Shown: positions 44,902-55,674, counted from the stretch's first letter. The stretch is DNA of 64,000 nucleotides from an uncultured Nitrososphaeraceae archaeon (GCA_963779615.1 CAVZZA010000003.1:1139781-1203780); one strand, 5' to 3'. Numbers and translations: made by a program. Notes: a model not told the origin generated them from the sequence alone.

Positions 44902-45308
44902 TTTCTCTCAACCCTAATTACTCCAGCAGCAAACAAAGATACCATAAGGAGCAACAATATATGTGGTAGCTCGACCTCAATATAAGGTATATGATAATCT
45001 CCAAGAATATCGCTTGCTTGTAGCAAATATAGAAATTCTACAATCAACAGTATGCTAAAGCTTAATGAAGTTAGCAAAACTCTTTTGCTTTTTGTCTTTT
45101 TAAATGAAAGGATGGAGATAACGGTTAGAAACAAGGCAATGTCAAAACTTATGAGGTGAATAGCAATATGATAGATCATTCCAGGATGGAACAAATGGGG
45201 AACTAGCACGGGATAAACAATAATAGAAGTGAAGGAAATTGACAGTACTAAGAAAAGGTTGGTTTTGTTATTTAAAAAATCTTGAATGTGTCCTAAAATA
45301 GCCACCAT
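44898..45308 (-). CDS. His/Met-rich 4-TM membrane protein (candidate metal sensor)
   Basis: Four hydrophobic segments; PHLFHPGMIYHIAIH loop, YH and ELPH; paralog at 56077. Confidence 0.75.
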   Translation of the reverse strand: MVAILGHIQDFLNNKTNLFLVLSISFTSIIVYPVLVPHLFHPGMIYHIAIHLISFDIALFLTVISILSFKKTKSKRVLLTSLSFSILLIVEFLYLLQASDILGDYHIPYIEVELPHILLLLMVSLFAAGVIRVERK

Positions 45309-45600
45309 TATTCTTACTGTTCTTTATCATCCCTTTTTAGCAATGACTATAATAATTGAAAAAGTTACATAAAAGGCAATTGGTACAATAACAAAATAAA
45401 GAATCAGAATGCGTACACAAACAGATTAGCTAAATTAATAAAAATCAAAATAATTAGAGTGCAATAACTGCATATTTGCAAAGGCATTGTTGACAAAAAT
45501 TTAAATTTTAATATCATATGATCTAACAATAAAAAAAATATGATGATAGTGATTGCATATGTTTTCTACATATTGCTACTGCTTTGTTGTCGCAATCCCA

Positions 45601-46263
45601 TTATTTGTTTAAAGTCGAGTTTTCAGATGTGTTTGACACACCTAACCTAGATTGTATGTCCACATTTGGTAAATATGGTTCAGGAAATCCCAATCGTGGT
45701 TCAGGGCAACCAAATCCTCCTACCAAAGCTTTTCTTACAACATCCTGTGAGATTTGGACTGTGGAATTGTCAGATTTTGTTGCCTCTCCACCAGCCGGAT
45801 TGCAAGCAAATGTTTGATCAAAGCTTGTTCCGTTAATATCACCAAAAATCCTGTAACTGTATGTAGTTGCAATGGTTGGATAGAATGTTTTAGATTCGTA
45901 TGATCCAAGTTCTCCAAAGGCAGGCTCCAAATCAGAGGTCATGTTTTTATCCCCGGCGGATATTTCCACTTTCAAGGAGTTTTCCAGCCCCGTTATTGGC
46001 TGCGTTCCATTGGCTTGGGAATTGGTCGGGTCGGTGGCGTTTGGCCAAATACCCCTAAAATCAACACCCGTTTTATCATCAACAGATGCCGGTTCATTTA
46101 GCGAGCCTATCACAAACAAGTAGTCTTTACCATTTATTGTATACAATGCCTTTTGATGTGCAAGAGCAATCTGGCTATTAAGAGATAATAGCAGTATTGC
46201 AGCTGCAGCAATTGTGCCAAACATTAATAGATTCTGTCTTCTACGATTATTTTTAATTCGCAT
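45601..46263 (-). CDS. Secreted protein with predicted mature N-terminal His (paralog A)
   Basis: RRR-containing signal ending ALA|HQ; NEP, LEPAFGELGSY, YPT, two Cys. Confidence 0.8.
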   Translation of the reverse strand: MRIKNNRRRQNLLMFGTIAAAAILLLSLNSQIALAHQKALYTINGKDYLFVIGSLNEPASVDDKTGVDFRGIWPNATDPTNSQANGTQPITGLENSLKVEISAGDKNMTSDLEPAFGELGSYESKTFYPTIATTYSYRIFGDINGTSFDQTFACNPAGGEATKSDNSTVQISQDVVRKALVGGFGCPEPRLGFPEPYLPNVDIQSRLGVSNTSENSTLNK

Positions 46264-46316
46264 AAATTGTGTATTACCTTCATTATTGAAATAAATAATT
46301 TTTTTTATAATTTTTT

Positions 46317-46339
46317 TGGTGTATTCGTAGAATAAAACA
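46317..46339 (-). promoter_or_regulatory. Semi-palindromic operator upstream of the paralog A TATA box
   Basis: TGTTTTATTC-TAC-GAATACACCA, then 7 nt, then TATAAAA. Confidence 0.65.
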
Positions 46340-46877
46340 AGAGGCTATTTATTAAGATAATTTTCAAATAATTTTATAAACATGGCAAATCAGAAAAATT
46401 AAAAAAATCCATTATTGCGGATAACGCTTTATCCTGTTAATAATCCAGAGGTCCCATTTCACCAAATATCTTGATTGTTTGGTATAACATTCTACAAAAA
46501 GTTTTACCCATTGGTAACTGCATTAGTTAGAATTTCTTTTTCTATTTGGAAAATAGTGTGTGATTATTTACCCCAATCCTTCACAGATTTACATGAGTCC
46601 AAAGAGATGGATTACCCACAATAAGTCGATTTGAAACTAAATATAACAATCATCATAATTACCCTTGTTGAGATCCCATTCCTCTGTTCCTTTCAAATAT
46701 CTCCATCGTGCTTTCGGCTGTGGTTTACTTTTTTAATGGATAGACATTTCCATAGATAACCAGGCAGATATAACATAGTTGTAATTTAAAATTATTTTAA
46801 AAAATATTTCTTAAACTATTCAAATAATTAATCATGGTTGAACTAAAAACAATAGATCAAAATAATGAATCCAAAAT

Positions 46878-46900
46878 TACATTGTTCGATGTTTAAACAA
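46878..46900 (+). promoter_or_regulatory. Weaker operator copy upstream of the paralog B TATA box
   Basis: TACATTGTTC-GAT-GTTTAAACAA, then 7 nt, then TAAATAT. Confidence 0.4.
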
Positions 46901-46937
46901 CATTGGTTAAATATTTAAGCAAACAATATACATAACA

Positions 46938-47570
46938 ATGTCATATAAAACACATCTAAGATTTGCAACTTCTTTTTTCCTTATATCCGCGTTTATTACT
47001 GCACCTCTTATTCAAACATCTTTTGCTCATCAAATATCATTATACACAATAAAAGACAAAAACCATTTATTTGAAGTGGAATGGGCTAACGAACCGGTAG
47101 CTGTAGATGATAAAACAAATGTTCAATTTACAGCTCTCTTTCCAAACGCTACGGACCCGACCAACCCTGAAGCTGATGGAACGCAGCCAATAACGGGGCT
47201 GGAAAACTCCTTGAAAGTGGAAATATCCGCCGGGGATAAAAACATGACCTCTGATTTGGAGCCTGCCTTTGGAGAACTTGGATCATACGAATCTAAAACA
47301 TTCTATCCGACCATTGCAACTACATACAGTTTTAGGATTTTTGGTGATATTAACGGAACAAGCTTTGATCAAACATTTGCTTGCAATCCAATTCTTGGTG
47401 AAAATTCACCACCTGACAATTCCACAGTCCAAATCTCACAGGATGTTGTAAGAAAAGCTTTGATTGGCGGTTTGGAGTGTCCTGAAGATAGGACAGGCTT
47501 TCCTGAACCATATGTACCCCAAAATGATTTAGCTCAAGCATTAAACAATGCAACAACACCTAAACAATAA
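46938..47570 (+). CDS. Secreted protein with predicted mature N-terminal His (paralog B)
   Basis: Signal ending SFA|HQ; NEP; core nearly identical to paralog A. Confidence 0.8.
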   Translation: MSYKTHLRFATSFFLISAFITAPLIQTSFAHQISLYTIKDKNHLFEVEWANEPVAVDDKTNVQFTALFPNATDPTNPEADGTQPITGLENSLKVEISAGDKNMTSDLEPAFGELGSYESKTFYPTIATTYSFRIFGDINGTSFDQTFACNPILGENSPPDNSTVQISQDVVRKALIGGLECPEDRTGFPEPYVPQNDLAQALNNATTPKQ

Positions 47571-47719
47571 AATCAATTTTTTTTAAATCGAATAGTTTTA
47601 TAATGAATGATTTTGTTCATGTATATAACTTTCAATTTATTTTATCCTTTAAGAAATTTCAATTCATCTTGTTATCTAGTGAAAGATATTGATTTTTGTT
47701 GAGCATGTATGGTTATGTA

Positions 47720-47742
47720 TTGTTAATTCGGGATTTGTACAA
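47720..47742 (+). promoter_or_regulatory. Operator upstream of the copC TATA box
   Basis: TTGTTAATTC-GGG-ATTTGTACAA, then 7 nt, then TATTAAT. Confidence 0.6.
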
Positions 47743-47777
47743 TAATGATTATTAATATTATCATATAACAATGGAGT

Positions 47778-48546
47778 GTGAGAATTTTTAAACCTCTTTT
47801 TTTTCTAATTTTTTATACTATAGGGATAAGTATATTTATTTTGCCTGTGTATGGACATGCTAATCCCACTGTCTTAAATCCAAAACCAAACCAAACATTT
47901 GACATTAACGGTCAAGCAGTGCCTGATAAAATATCGATTACTTTTTCAGAAAGGCCCGAAATAAAAGCCAGCAATATCAAGGTAACTGACTCAAAAAATA
48001 CAAGAGTGGATAACAACGATTTAAAGACTTTGAGCAGTGATGACAGAACACTTTCAGTTTCTTTGGGTAAATCAAAAATAATACCCGGAATATATACGGT
48101 AAACTGGATAGTCTTGTCAAAGGATGATGGACACATTACAAAAGGGATCCTATGTTTTCTCAATAACTGAAAATAACAAACAAAGTGATAATCAAGCAAC
48201 AAACAACAAATGCACTGCCAAAATATTCGAAAAATCTTACAACTGAAAACATAATTTATGAAGTTCGGTATTTCTCCCGTTTCAAGCGGGACAAAACACG
48301 TTTAATTTAACAGCTTTATACAACAATGGCACTTCTGTTAAAAATATCAATAATGTGTATTTAGAGTTTAACAATCCAACTAAAAATATTGGTCCAATTG
48401 TTGATGTAATGAACAAAACGTCACCAGGAAACTATTCATCCACTGGTAACTTTTTAAGCCAAACTGGAGATTGGGAGATTAAGATAATTGTGCAGAGAAC
48501 AGGAGAATACGACATTAACCAAAAACTCGATATAAACATAAAATAA
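47778..48546 (+). CDS. copC: CopC copper-binding protein with a C-terminal YtkA/FixH-like domain, frameshifted
   Basis: VYG|HANP His1, ITFSE, GIYTVNWIVLSKDDGHITKG; distal fragment GNYSSTGNFLSQTGDWEIKIIVQR. Confidence 0.85.
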
Positions 48547-48604
48547 TTCTCCATTTTATTCATTATTTTAATAATTCGAAAGAACACAATATAAACAATA
48601 GACC

Positions 48605-50054
48605 ATGATAAATACCAATTAAGCTTTTAGGTGTTATTTTATTAATAACTTCAATAATCAATGGCATACTTCAAATCCCAAATACGGCATTTGCTCAACA
48701 GGAATTTAACAATTCAGGAACAACTGAATCAGTGACTTCCAATTATGACGCAATAATTAAATCCATTTTAATTATATCGCAGGTGTCAATTTTGGGAATA
48801 ACATTCAATCATGTCATTTTTCAAAAAATTATGAGAAGGAAAAATAATCAGATGGTGATGGAGGAAAGGATTATAACATAACGCAATAATCAATTATTGA
48901 AAAGATTTACTGTCATTTTAGCACTTTGCTGCATAACCATAATAATTGCTTCTACAGGCATAATGTTAATTCAATCCTATGAGCTTTCACAAAATCTGTC
49001 CCAAGATCTGTTTTCTGCGTTCTCCATATTGTATACAACATCAGTGGGTCAGGTTTGGACGATAAGAATCATTACCTCTTTAATGATAACAGCATTGGTT
49101 TTTTCCCATTATATTGATTAAAAGGAACGCAATAAAGAAAAAGATTAAGGGCAATTCAACCCAACAGCATGGAGACAAAATTTCCAATACTATTGCCATA
49201 TTACTTCTCATTAGGGATTATTGTCGTTTCTTCGATAAATCTATTTTCCAACAGCATGTTAAGTCATAGCAATAGTTTGTCACCTTTAGCGGTATCAGTT
49301 GATTGGATTCATTTTATGTCAGTATCCATTTGGATTGGAGGTTTATTCTACCTGTCATCCATTTTTTTAAAAAGCATAAAATTATCCTATAAATGAATCT
49401 GCCAAAAGTATAGATGATGATGAAAGCGACATTAAAAATAGTATATTAAACACTCATCAAATTTCTTTTATCGTTAATGTGTTTTTCATTTATTGCCATT
49501 TCATCACTTTGCATAATCGGAACAACCGGATTGTATATGAGCTTGATCCATTTACAAAGATTAGATGCAATATTTACTACTTTATATGGTCAAATACTAA
49601 TCATAAAACTCAGTTTAGCTTTCACAGTGATTTTTCTGGGCAGGCACAATCAGCTTAAAATACAAAAGTATGCCGCAATCACATCAAAAGTCATAATAGG
49701 AAGCAGCATCAATAATGACGATCAAAAAGCCTTTTCAGGTCACAACAAAAAAATAGTCTGTTTTCTTTAATTCAATGACATAGATCCCTAAAAATAGAAT
49801 CACTAATGGGAATTTCCGTTCTTATTGTAGCATCTTTTCTTTCAGTAACCTCCCCACCTTCCCTGGAAACATCAAATCCAGATTCTAATCTCAACAACAA
49901 TACTAATTTAACAAATAATGCAAAAAAGGAATAAATGTAGACTTTACTATAATGGTAATAATTTTGTCAATCATTATAATAATTTTTGGCATTGATTAAC
50001 TTTAGAAAAAACAGGCAACAAATAAAGGAAATATTTCCACCCTTTTCCAGGTGA
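48605..50054 (+). CDS. copD: CopD-family copper transport membrane protein, heavily fragmented
   Basis: Fragments TSVGQVWTIR / SH...DWIHFMSVSIWIGGL / GTTGLY...TLYGQILIIK / KIES; many frameshifts, so errors or a pseudogene. Confidence 0.75.
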
Positions 50055-50290
50055 CTATTTTTTAGCAAACAGGCCCATTATAATCACAATGAGGCAAGAT
50101 TGCTGAATTTGATTATAATTGGATTAATTAATAATGTTGTTAAAGTTTTTTTCACATCGTTTTTCCTTCCATGTTTAAAGAAGTTAATTTAACATGATTG
50201 CAAAATAAATAAAAAAATTAAAATTATTTGTCTCAGCAAGAAAGTTATAATCATTGGATTTTGTACAAATATTCAGGAAAAAAAAGAAGA

Positions 50291-51765
50291 CTAAAGGACA
50301 GGAATGACAGCTAATTTTACATTACTGCCATCTATCCATGAGATCGCCATTATCCTATCTGAACCCGTGGTATATGGATAATGCTTTGTTATATCACCTG
50401 ATACAAAGTTACCATTTTTAATCAAATGTCCATTCTTATCCACAACAGCTAAATGTATTGTACCATCTCCAACAAAGCTGAAATCTTCTTCATAGGTAGA
50501 GCTTTTCTTCAATCCTTCAGAGTTTACAAAAACAATCCATGAATTACCATATTTATCTGTTTTAAGGTATTGGGTTGTAGGCGGAATCCATTGTTCTGAA
50601 AGCAGGTGAATGGGCAGAGGTTTGTTAAATGTTAATCCTTTGTCACCAGAAGTCGTATAATAGAATCCAGGGCCATTTGGAGCAAACTCACTTCCCGTAA
50701 ACCAAGCAATATGAAGGGTTCCATCCTTATCAAAATCCATGCCAGGTCCGGAATCAGGGCATCCATTCATGAACCATTTATCGTTTCCCACACGAGAAGG
50801 AGTGGAGAAATTTTCAGCTTTTCCATTATCAGTGGAATGGTAAACTGTAATGTCCCTAATTACGGTTTGATTCTGACCATCTTCCAGCAAAAACGGAGTT
50901 TTGGTGCTATTATCATTCAAATCAAGAGATTTGTTTTGAAAAGCAGATCTGGAGGTAACGTATAGCTCATCATCAGGACCAAATTTTATGACCGTAGCAC
51001 AACATTGGCATGCTGAATGATCAGCAATGGAACTGTTAGAGAAAGTCTTGCCTCCATCTTGGGAGCTTACAACTCTAACTACAGTGGGATGTACCAGACA
51101 CATCTTTTTCCAGGTCATAATCAAGATTAAGGTAGGATATGTAAACTTTGTCATCGGGTGTTACTGCTATGTAGGGATATGATTGTTCCCCCTTTGGGTC
51201 ATTTGGTGCAGGGTTTATTGCAGGTTGGAATGTAGATCCCCCATCTAGTGATCGAGCATATTGCAAGGTTACCTGGCCATATGGGTACTTTACCGGATCG
51301 CTGTGGTCGGCTTTGTACCATACTACATGTATGTCATTTTTAGGCCCTATCCCCAAGGCAGGGGCACTCCATTGTTCATCTATGGCAATAGAATCTTTGA
51401 CATCGTTAACTCTGACAGGATTAGAATACGTTTTACCAAAATCAATGGATTTTTGTAGATACAAATTCCCACCACTGCTTTCGTTTTTGAAGTAGATAAC
51501 ATAAATTGCATTTGTTTTAGGATCAATACCTACTGCAGGCGTAGTTGCGTTTTTAAAAGTGTTGAATATTGTATTGTTCAAGCTTTTATCAATGATTGAC
51601 TTCATACTAGTATTATTATTACTGGTAATGTCATTTGATAACGAAACAGTAGAGTTTGAAGCAAAAGATAGGTGTTGTTGCTGCTGATTGAATTTGACTC
51701 ATACTGCCGATAAAAAAAAACACGATAGCAAGAATTCCTAAAATTTTGTATTTACCAGTAAACAT
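50291..51765 (-). CDS. Secreted BNR/Asp-box (sialidase-like) beta-propeller with CxCC and GCP motifs, two frameshifts
   Basis: Asp boxes SIDFGKTY, SLDGGSTF, SQDGGKTF, STDNG, SGDKGLTF; ADHSACQCC and WFMNGCPDSGP; signal peptide from ATG 51765. Confidence 0.82.
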
Positions 51766-51804
51766 TGTTTATGGTAATAGTTATTTTAGCATTTATAGCA
51801 TTTC

Positions 51805-51827
51805 TTGTACAATTATAGAATCCAACC
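51805..51827 (-). promoter_or_regulatory. Operator upstream of the propeller gene TATA box
   Basis: GGTTGGATTC-TAT-AATTGTACAA, then 7 nt, then TATAAAT, ATG about 26 nt further. Confidence 0.6.
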
Positions 51828-51844
51828 ATTTGACAGATTAAAAA

Positions 51845-52627
51845 TTAAATCGGAATCAGCGGCTGTGTATTGTTAGGTATATAGCTTGTTATTAGAGCAA
51901 GCTGACCCGTCAAAAGTATGACTCCGATAACTATCAATATGGCTCCGCTTATTCTGTTGATCCATGGCATCCACTTTCTGATTCGCTGGAAAAAAGAGAT
52001 GAATCTTTCTATTACCAATGCAGAGACAAAAAAAGGTATTGCCAAACCCAGTGCATAGAATGATAAAAGCTGAATACCGGTCCAAATAGAAGTGCTTGTC
52101 GCTGCAATTGTCAATATTCCTGCAAGAATTGGACCAATACAAGGAGTCCAACCAGCTCCAAAACTCATTCCAACTACAAAGGAACCTACCTGGCTTGTCG
52201 GTTTATTTTTCATTTTAAAACCTAATTGCCTTTCTAAAATTGGTATTGTAAACAAGCCAGTTAGGTGGATTCCAAAGGTTATTAAAAGTGCCCCCCCTAT
52301 TCTGGCTATCCATATGCTATAGTCGTAAAACACACTCCCAATTGTTGTAGTGGAGATTCCAAGAAGAATAAACACCACGGAAAATCCTAATATAAACATT
52401 GTTGTTCTTAACAAAAGCTTGCTCCTGATTTTTTTTCTATTTTCTCGCTCCTGCTGAATTTGTCTTTTCTCCCCTACCGGGTTGTTTCGGTTAAAAGAGG
52501 AAAAATCTCCCAAACTTGTTCCAGTTACAAAAGCTAGAAAACTTGGAATTAGAGGCAATACACACGGTGATAAAAAACTCAACAAACCCCCAATAAAGGC
52601 AAGAGGGAATCCAATATTGTATGTCAA
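51845..52627 (-). CDS. ccdA: CcdA/DsbD-type transmembrane electron transporter
   Basis: SFLSPCVLPLIP and WTPCIGPIL. Confidence 0.93.
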   Translation of the reverse strand: MTYNIGFPLAFIGGLLSFLSPCVLPLIPSFLAFVTGTSLGDFSSFNRNNPVGEKRQIQQERENRKKIRSKLLLRTTMFILGFSVVFILLGISTTTIGSVFYDYSIWIARIGGALLITFGIHLTGLFTIPILERQLGFKMKNKPTSQVGSFVVGMSFGAGWTPCIGPILAGILTIAATSTSIWTGIQLLSFYALGLAIPFFVSALVIERFISFFQRIRKWMPWINRISGAILIVIGVILLTGQLALITSYIPNNTQPLIPI

Positions 52628-53271
52628 AGATGCTTGAGGTGACGAATTGATAGTTGTTGTTTCTGTTGGCTTACCATCCGCAACAGAAGAAGAATTGCCA
52701 TTTTGTAGATTGGGCTATCGAATTTATATGAGCACTGATTGCAGGAGATTGCGCTGGTAATAAAATTCTCAATATTGACAGTATTCCCTTCTATAGGACC
52801 TCTCCACCTATAAACAACCTGGCCATCTTTGTCTATTAAAAAGGATTCGGGAACTCCTATGGTTTTAAACGCCCTGGCAAAATTGTTGTTTGGGTCAAAT
52901 AAAATTGGATATGTCATATTTAGTTTATTTGTAAAGGAAGTTATCATGGATTCTGATCCTCTCCTGTCTATGGAAACACCTACTACGTCTACACCATATT
53001 TGTTGAGGTCCTGATATATTTTCTCCAATATTGGAATTTCTTCTCTACATGGTTGGCACCATGTGGCCCATAAATTCAACAATGTCAGATTATTCTTTTT
53101 GTAAATTGATTCAAGGGAAACAATTTTTTTTGTTTCTAAATCAATGCTTGAATATTTTGGAGCTAAAGGAAAACCATCAGTTTTTTGAGAAAAGGCATCA
53201 TTTTGATAGCAGATGGTCAATACTATTACCAATAAAGACATTATACAAACGCTTTTGAAGATATTTACCAT
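52624..53271 (-). CDS. TlpA/ResA-like exported thioredoxin
   Basis: NLWATWCQPCREEIP, GVPESFLIDKDG; N-terminal anchor; C-terminus may be frameshifted. Confidence 0.9.
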   Translation of the reverse strand: MVNIFKSVCIMSLLVIVLTICYQNDAFSQKTDGFPLAPKYSSIDLETKKIVSLESIYKKNNLTLLNLWATWCQPCREEIPILEKIYQDLNKYGVDVVGVSIDRRGSESMITSFTNKLNMTYPILFDPNNNFARAFKTIGVPESFLIDKDGQVVYRWRGPIEGNTVNIENFITSAISCNQCSYKFDSPIYKMAILLLLRMVSQQKQQLSIRHLKHL

Positions 53272-53315
53272 AAAAATATTATAATTTTATTTGGCTTTAG
53301 TAAATATTAACTTTA

Positions 53316-53338
53316 TAGTTCATTCAACGAATTTACAA
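53316..53338 (-). promoter_or_regulatory. Operator upstream of tlpA-ccdA
   Basis: TTGTAAATTC-GTT-GAATGAACTA followed 6-7 nt later by a TAATATT box. Confidence 0.65.
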
Positions 53339-54082
53339 TTTCAAGACTAGCATGGTGCATAAATATGCCATATTGATAGATTTGTTTCGGATTAAATAGC
53401 CAAAAAGATGTTGGGTATTATCCATTTGTAAAAAGGGAATGGCGGTAGTTGTTGTTTATATAACCAAAGCCACATTTTGATGAATTGCATCTGAAAGAGG
53501 TACCACCATTAACTGTGGATATGACTTCAGGTGATATGGAAAACGATATTTCCACAATCATTTCCCTGGCCACCTTATCACGGCTGACAAACGTCTTTGA
53601 CGTATTCCTTTGGGTTATTGTTTGGCTAATCCCGATAGCAACTTTTACCTTTTGGATATATTATAGTCTCTTCACTTTTGGGCAAGGTATTCAAAAGGTA
53701 TTTACATTTTTATAAATCATAAACCATATAATGGTTTGAGAAACCGACATCAACTCTTTTACATTCTTAATTTTATGCATATCGCTCATTTTACAAGGGT
53801 TATCTTTTTTAAACCATTCGGCCAGTGCCGTAATATTTGATACAGAGGAACTTTCTGTAAAAATGGATATTTTATTCCTTATGTTTTGTTTAACCTTGTT
53901 TTACCTCTTGTGACAGCCATCATCTCCAATGCTAATGTTGTTACATAGAATATGCACTATCACCTTATCCTTCCCATTATTCATTTACATATTTCCTATA
54001 TCTGGATTGTAAAAAATAGATAAAATTTTGACATAAGTGTAACCATACACCAACCCATCTATGCATTGAATAGGTCGTTATC

Positions 54083-54720
54083 TCATTGCTTTGTAGTAGT
54101 GAAAGAGTCTTTCGTGAATCCATGCATTAGCGAATTAACATTCCCGTGAATTGGCTGCCCATTAAAGTGTTGTTCTACTTGTTCATTATTTACATTAAGA
54201 TTGATTGTATTGTATTTGTTAATATCCAAACTCGAAGTTACATTGCCCCATTTAATTTTACCATGTTCCATAACATCTATTAATCCAGTTATTTTTGTTG
54301 AGCCACTTGAAGGTAATTGTAAATTAGTTTCGTTTGACCTAAAATTTACAAAACTCATATCATGACGGTTTGTACCATCAAAATGAACCATCGTAATTTT
54401 TGTATTAAAGTCTGTAATGTTCCCACCAATTACTTCCAAATTCCAATGTCCCCCTAGCGTGTAACTTGTTTGATTATTTGCTGGAAATGTGATGTTGTTT
54501 TCTGGGGATGTTGATTGATTGCATGCCTTTTATTACTAACGAATTTATCATACCGCTGGCAGAGAATGTATTAATACCACCTATATTATTGGTATTTTCT
54601 GATTCAAGACCAGATGCCGGCAAGGATTGTGCATTTACCTCAAAAGCAGTAGATGGATAATGGCAGAAGTAATAACAAGAAGGTCCCTAATGTTAGGGAT
54701 ATTTTACCTGAAAATTTCAT
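54083..54720 (-). CDS. Secreted hypothetical protein, frameshifted
   Basis: Signal peptide from ATG 54720; FSASGMINSL; YTLGGHWNLEV...MVHFDGTNRHDM. Confidence 0.6.
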
Positions 54721-54755
54721 ATATACAATGTGATAATATTGCCATATAACTTTTG

Positions 54756-54778
54756 TAGTACAAACATAGTTACACTAC
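54756..54778 (-). promoter_or_regulatory. Operator-like site upstream of the 54720 gene TATA box
   Basis: GTAGTGTAAC-TAT-GTTTGTACTA, then 7 nt, then TATATGG. Confidence 0.45.
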
Positions 54779-55649
54779 AGTACCATAATCCAATAAAAAA
54801 GAATTGTAATTGTTCACAAACTCATATCATTGAAAGAGAATTCAACCAATTACAAAACTCATTTAGTATATTATTTGACTACGTATTTGCCGAAAATATC
54901 ATACTGAGTAATTAAGTCTAATGTGTCCTAACTGTATCATCCATTAAAATTAATAATTCAAGAAAAAAATTTATGAGATAATCCCAGATTAAAAATCACA
55001 AAGATAACAGAGCTGAAAAAAATTGTATATCATATCATAATTAAAACATACACAAAACAACATCAAGAGCAAATTCTAAGTCCCTACATAGAAAGCATAA
55101 CATTTCCAAAGATAGACATTACAACACAGTAATTTTTTTATCAATTTTTATACATATCTGTAAATACTGCATTTCCAAAACTACCTCTTTACCTTATTCA
55201 GCCCAATCTTCAAATTAATTAATGTCCCAAAAGTCAGAATACACGATTAAAATGATCACTAAGAAGAAAAAAATTATTGTTTTTTAAGCTATCTGTCTTT
55301 TTTAGTCGGTTTTTAAAAGAGTACTCAATTATTTTAATCACTTAAAATACCCTATTTAGGATTGAAAGCACATAAATAATAATTACTTGATAGGAATAAA
55401 TCAATAGTACCCTTTCTGTAATTAGGTTGTTAAATAATCATTGAGGGAGAAAGATGGCGCCCTTTTTAATAGAGTACATTAGCAAGATGCATCATCTATA
55501 ATCATCCTTCAATGACAGTATTTTCGTCAGAATATGACCATTTGCAGGCTGGTTGTTCTTTATGCCTCACTACCCTATTGCTGGGCAAGCACTTTTGCAT
55601 TGTATTGCAAGCCGCAAATACTTTTACAATATTTTAAATAAAAAGGTTT

Positions 55650-55674
55650 TTGGTTCATTCTTAGAATGAACCAA
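55650..55674. promoter_or_regulatory. Perfect palindromic copy of the operator, with no intact adjacent gene
   Basis: TTGGTTCATTCT-T-AGAATGAACCAA; 20/25 identical to 46316-46340. Confidence 0.6.

Larger units (their letters stand above)
45797..47389. repeat. Long inverted repeat: 45797-46010 vs 47176-47389 (214 bp, 3 mismatches by eye), plus a second ~50-bp identical block
   Basis: Manual reverse-complement comparison of the two paralog genes. Confidence 0.9.

Noticed and set aside
51845-53271. Cytochrome c maturation system
   Set aside because: No heme lyase (CcsBA/CcmF) or CxxCH substrate nearby; a general thiol reduction role fits better
53485-53715. 76-aa ORF (similarly 33999-34286 and 62599-62805)
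   Set aside because: Short, no motifs and no clear promoter support
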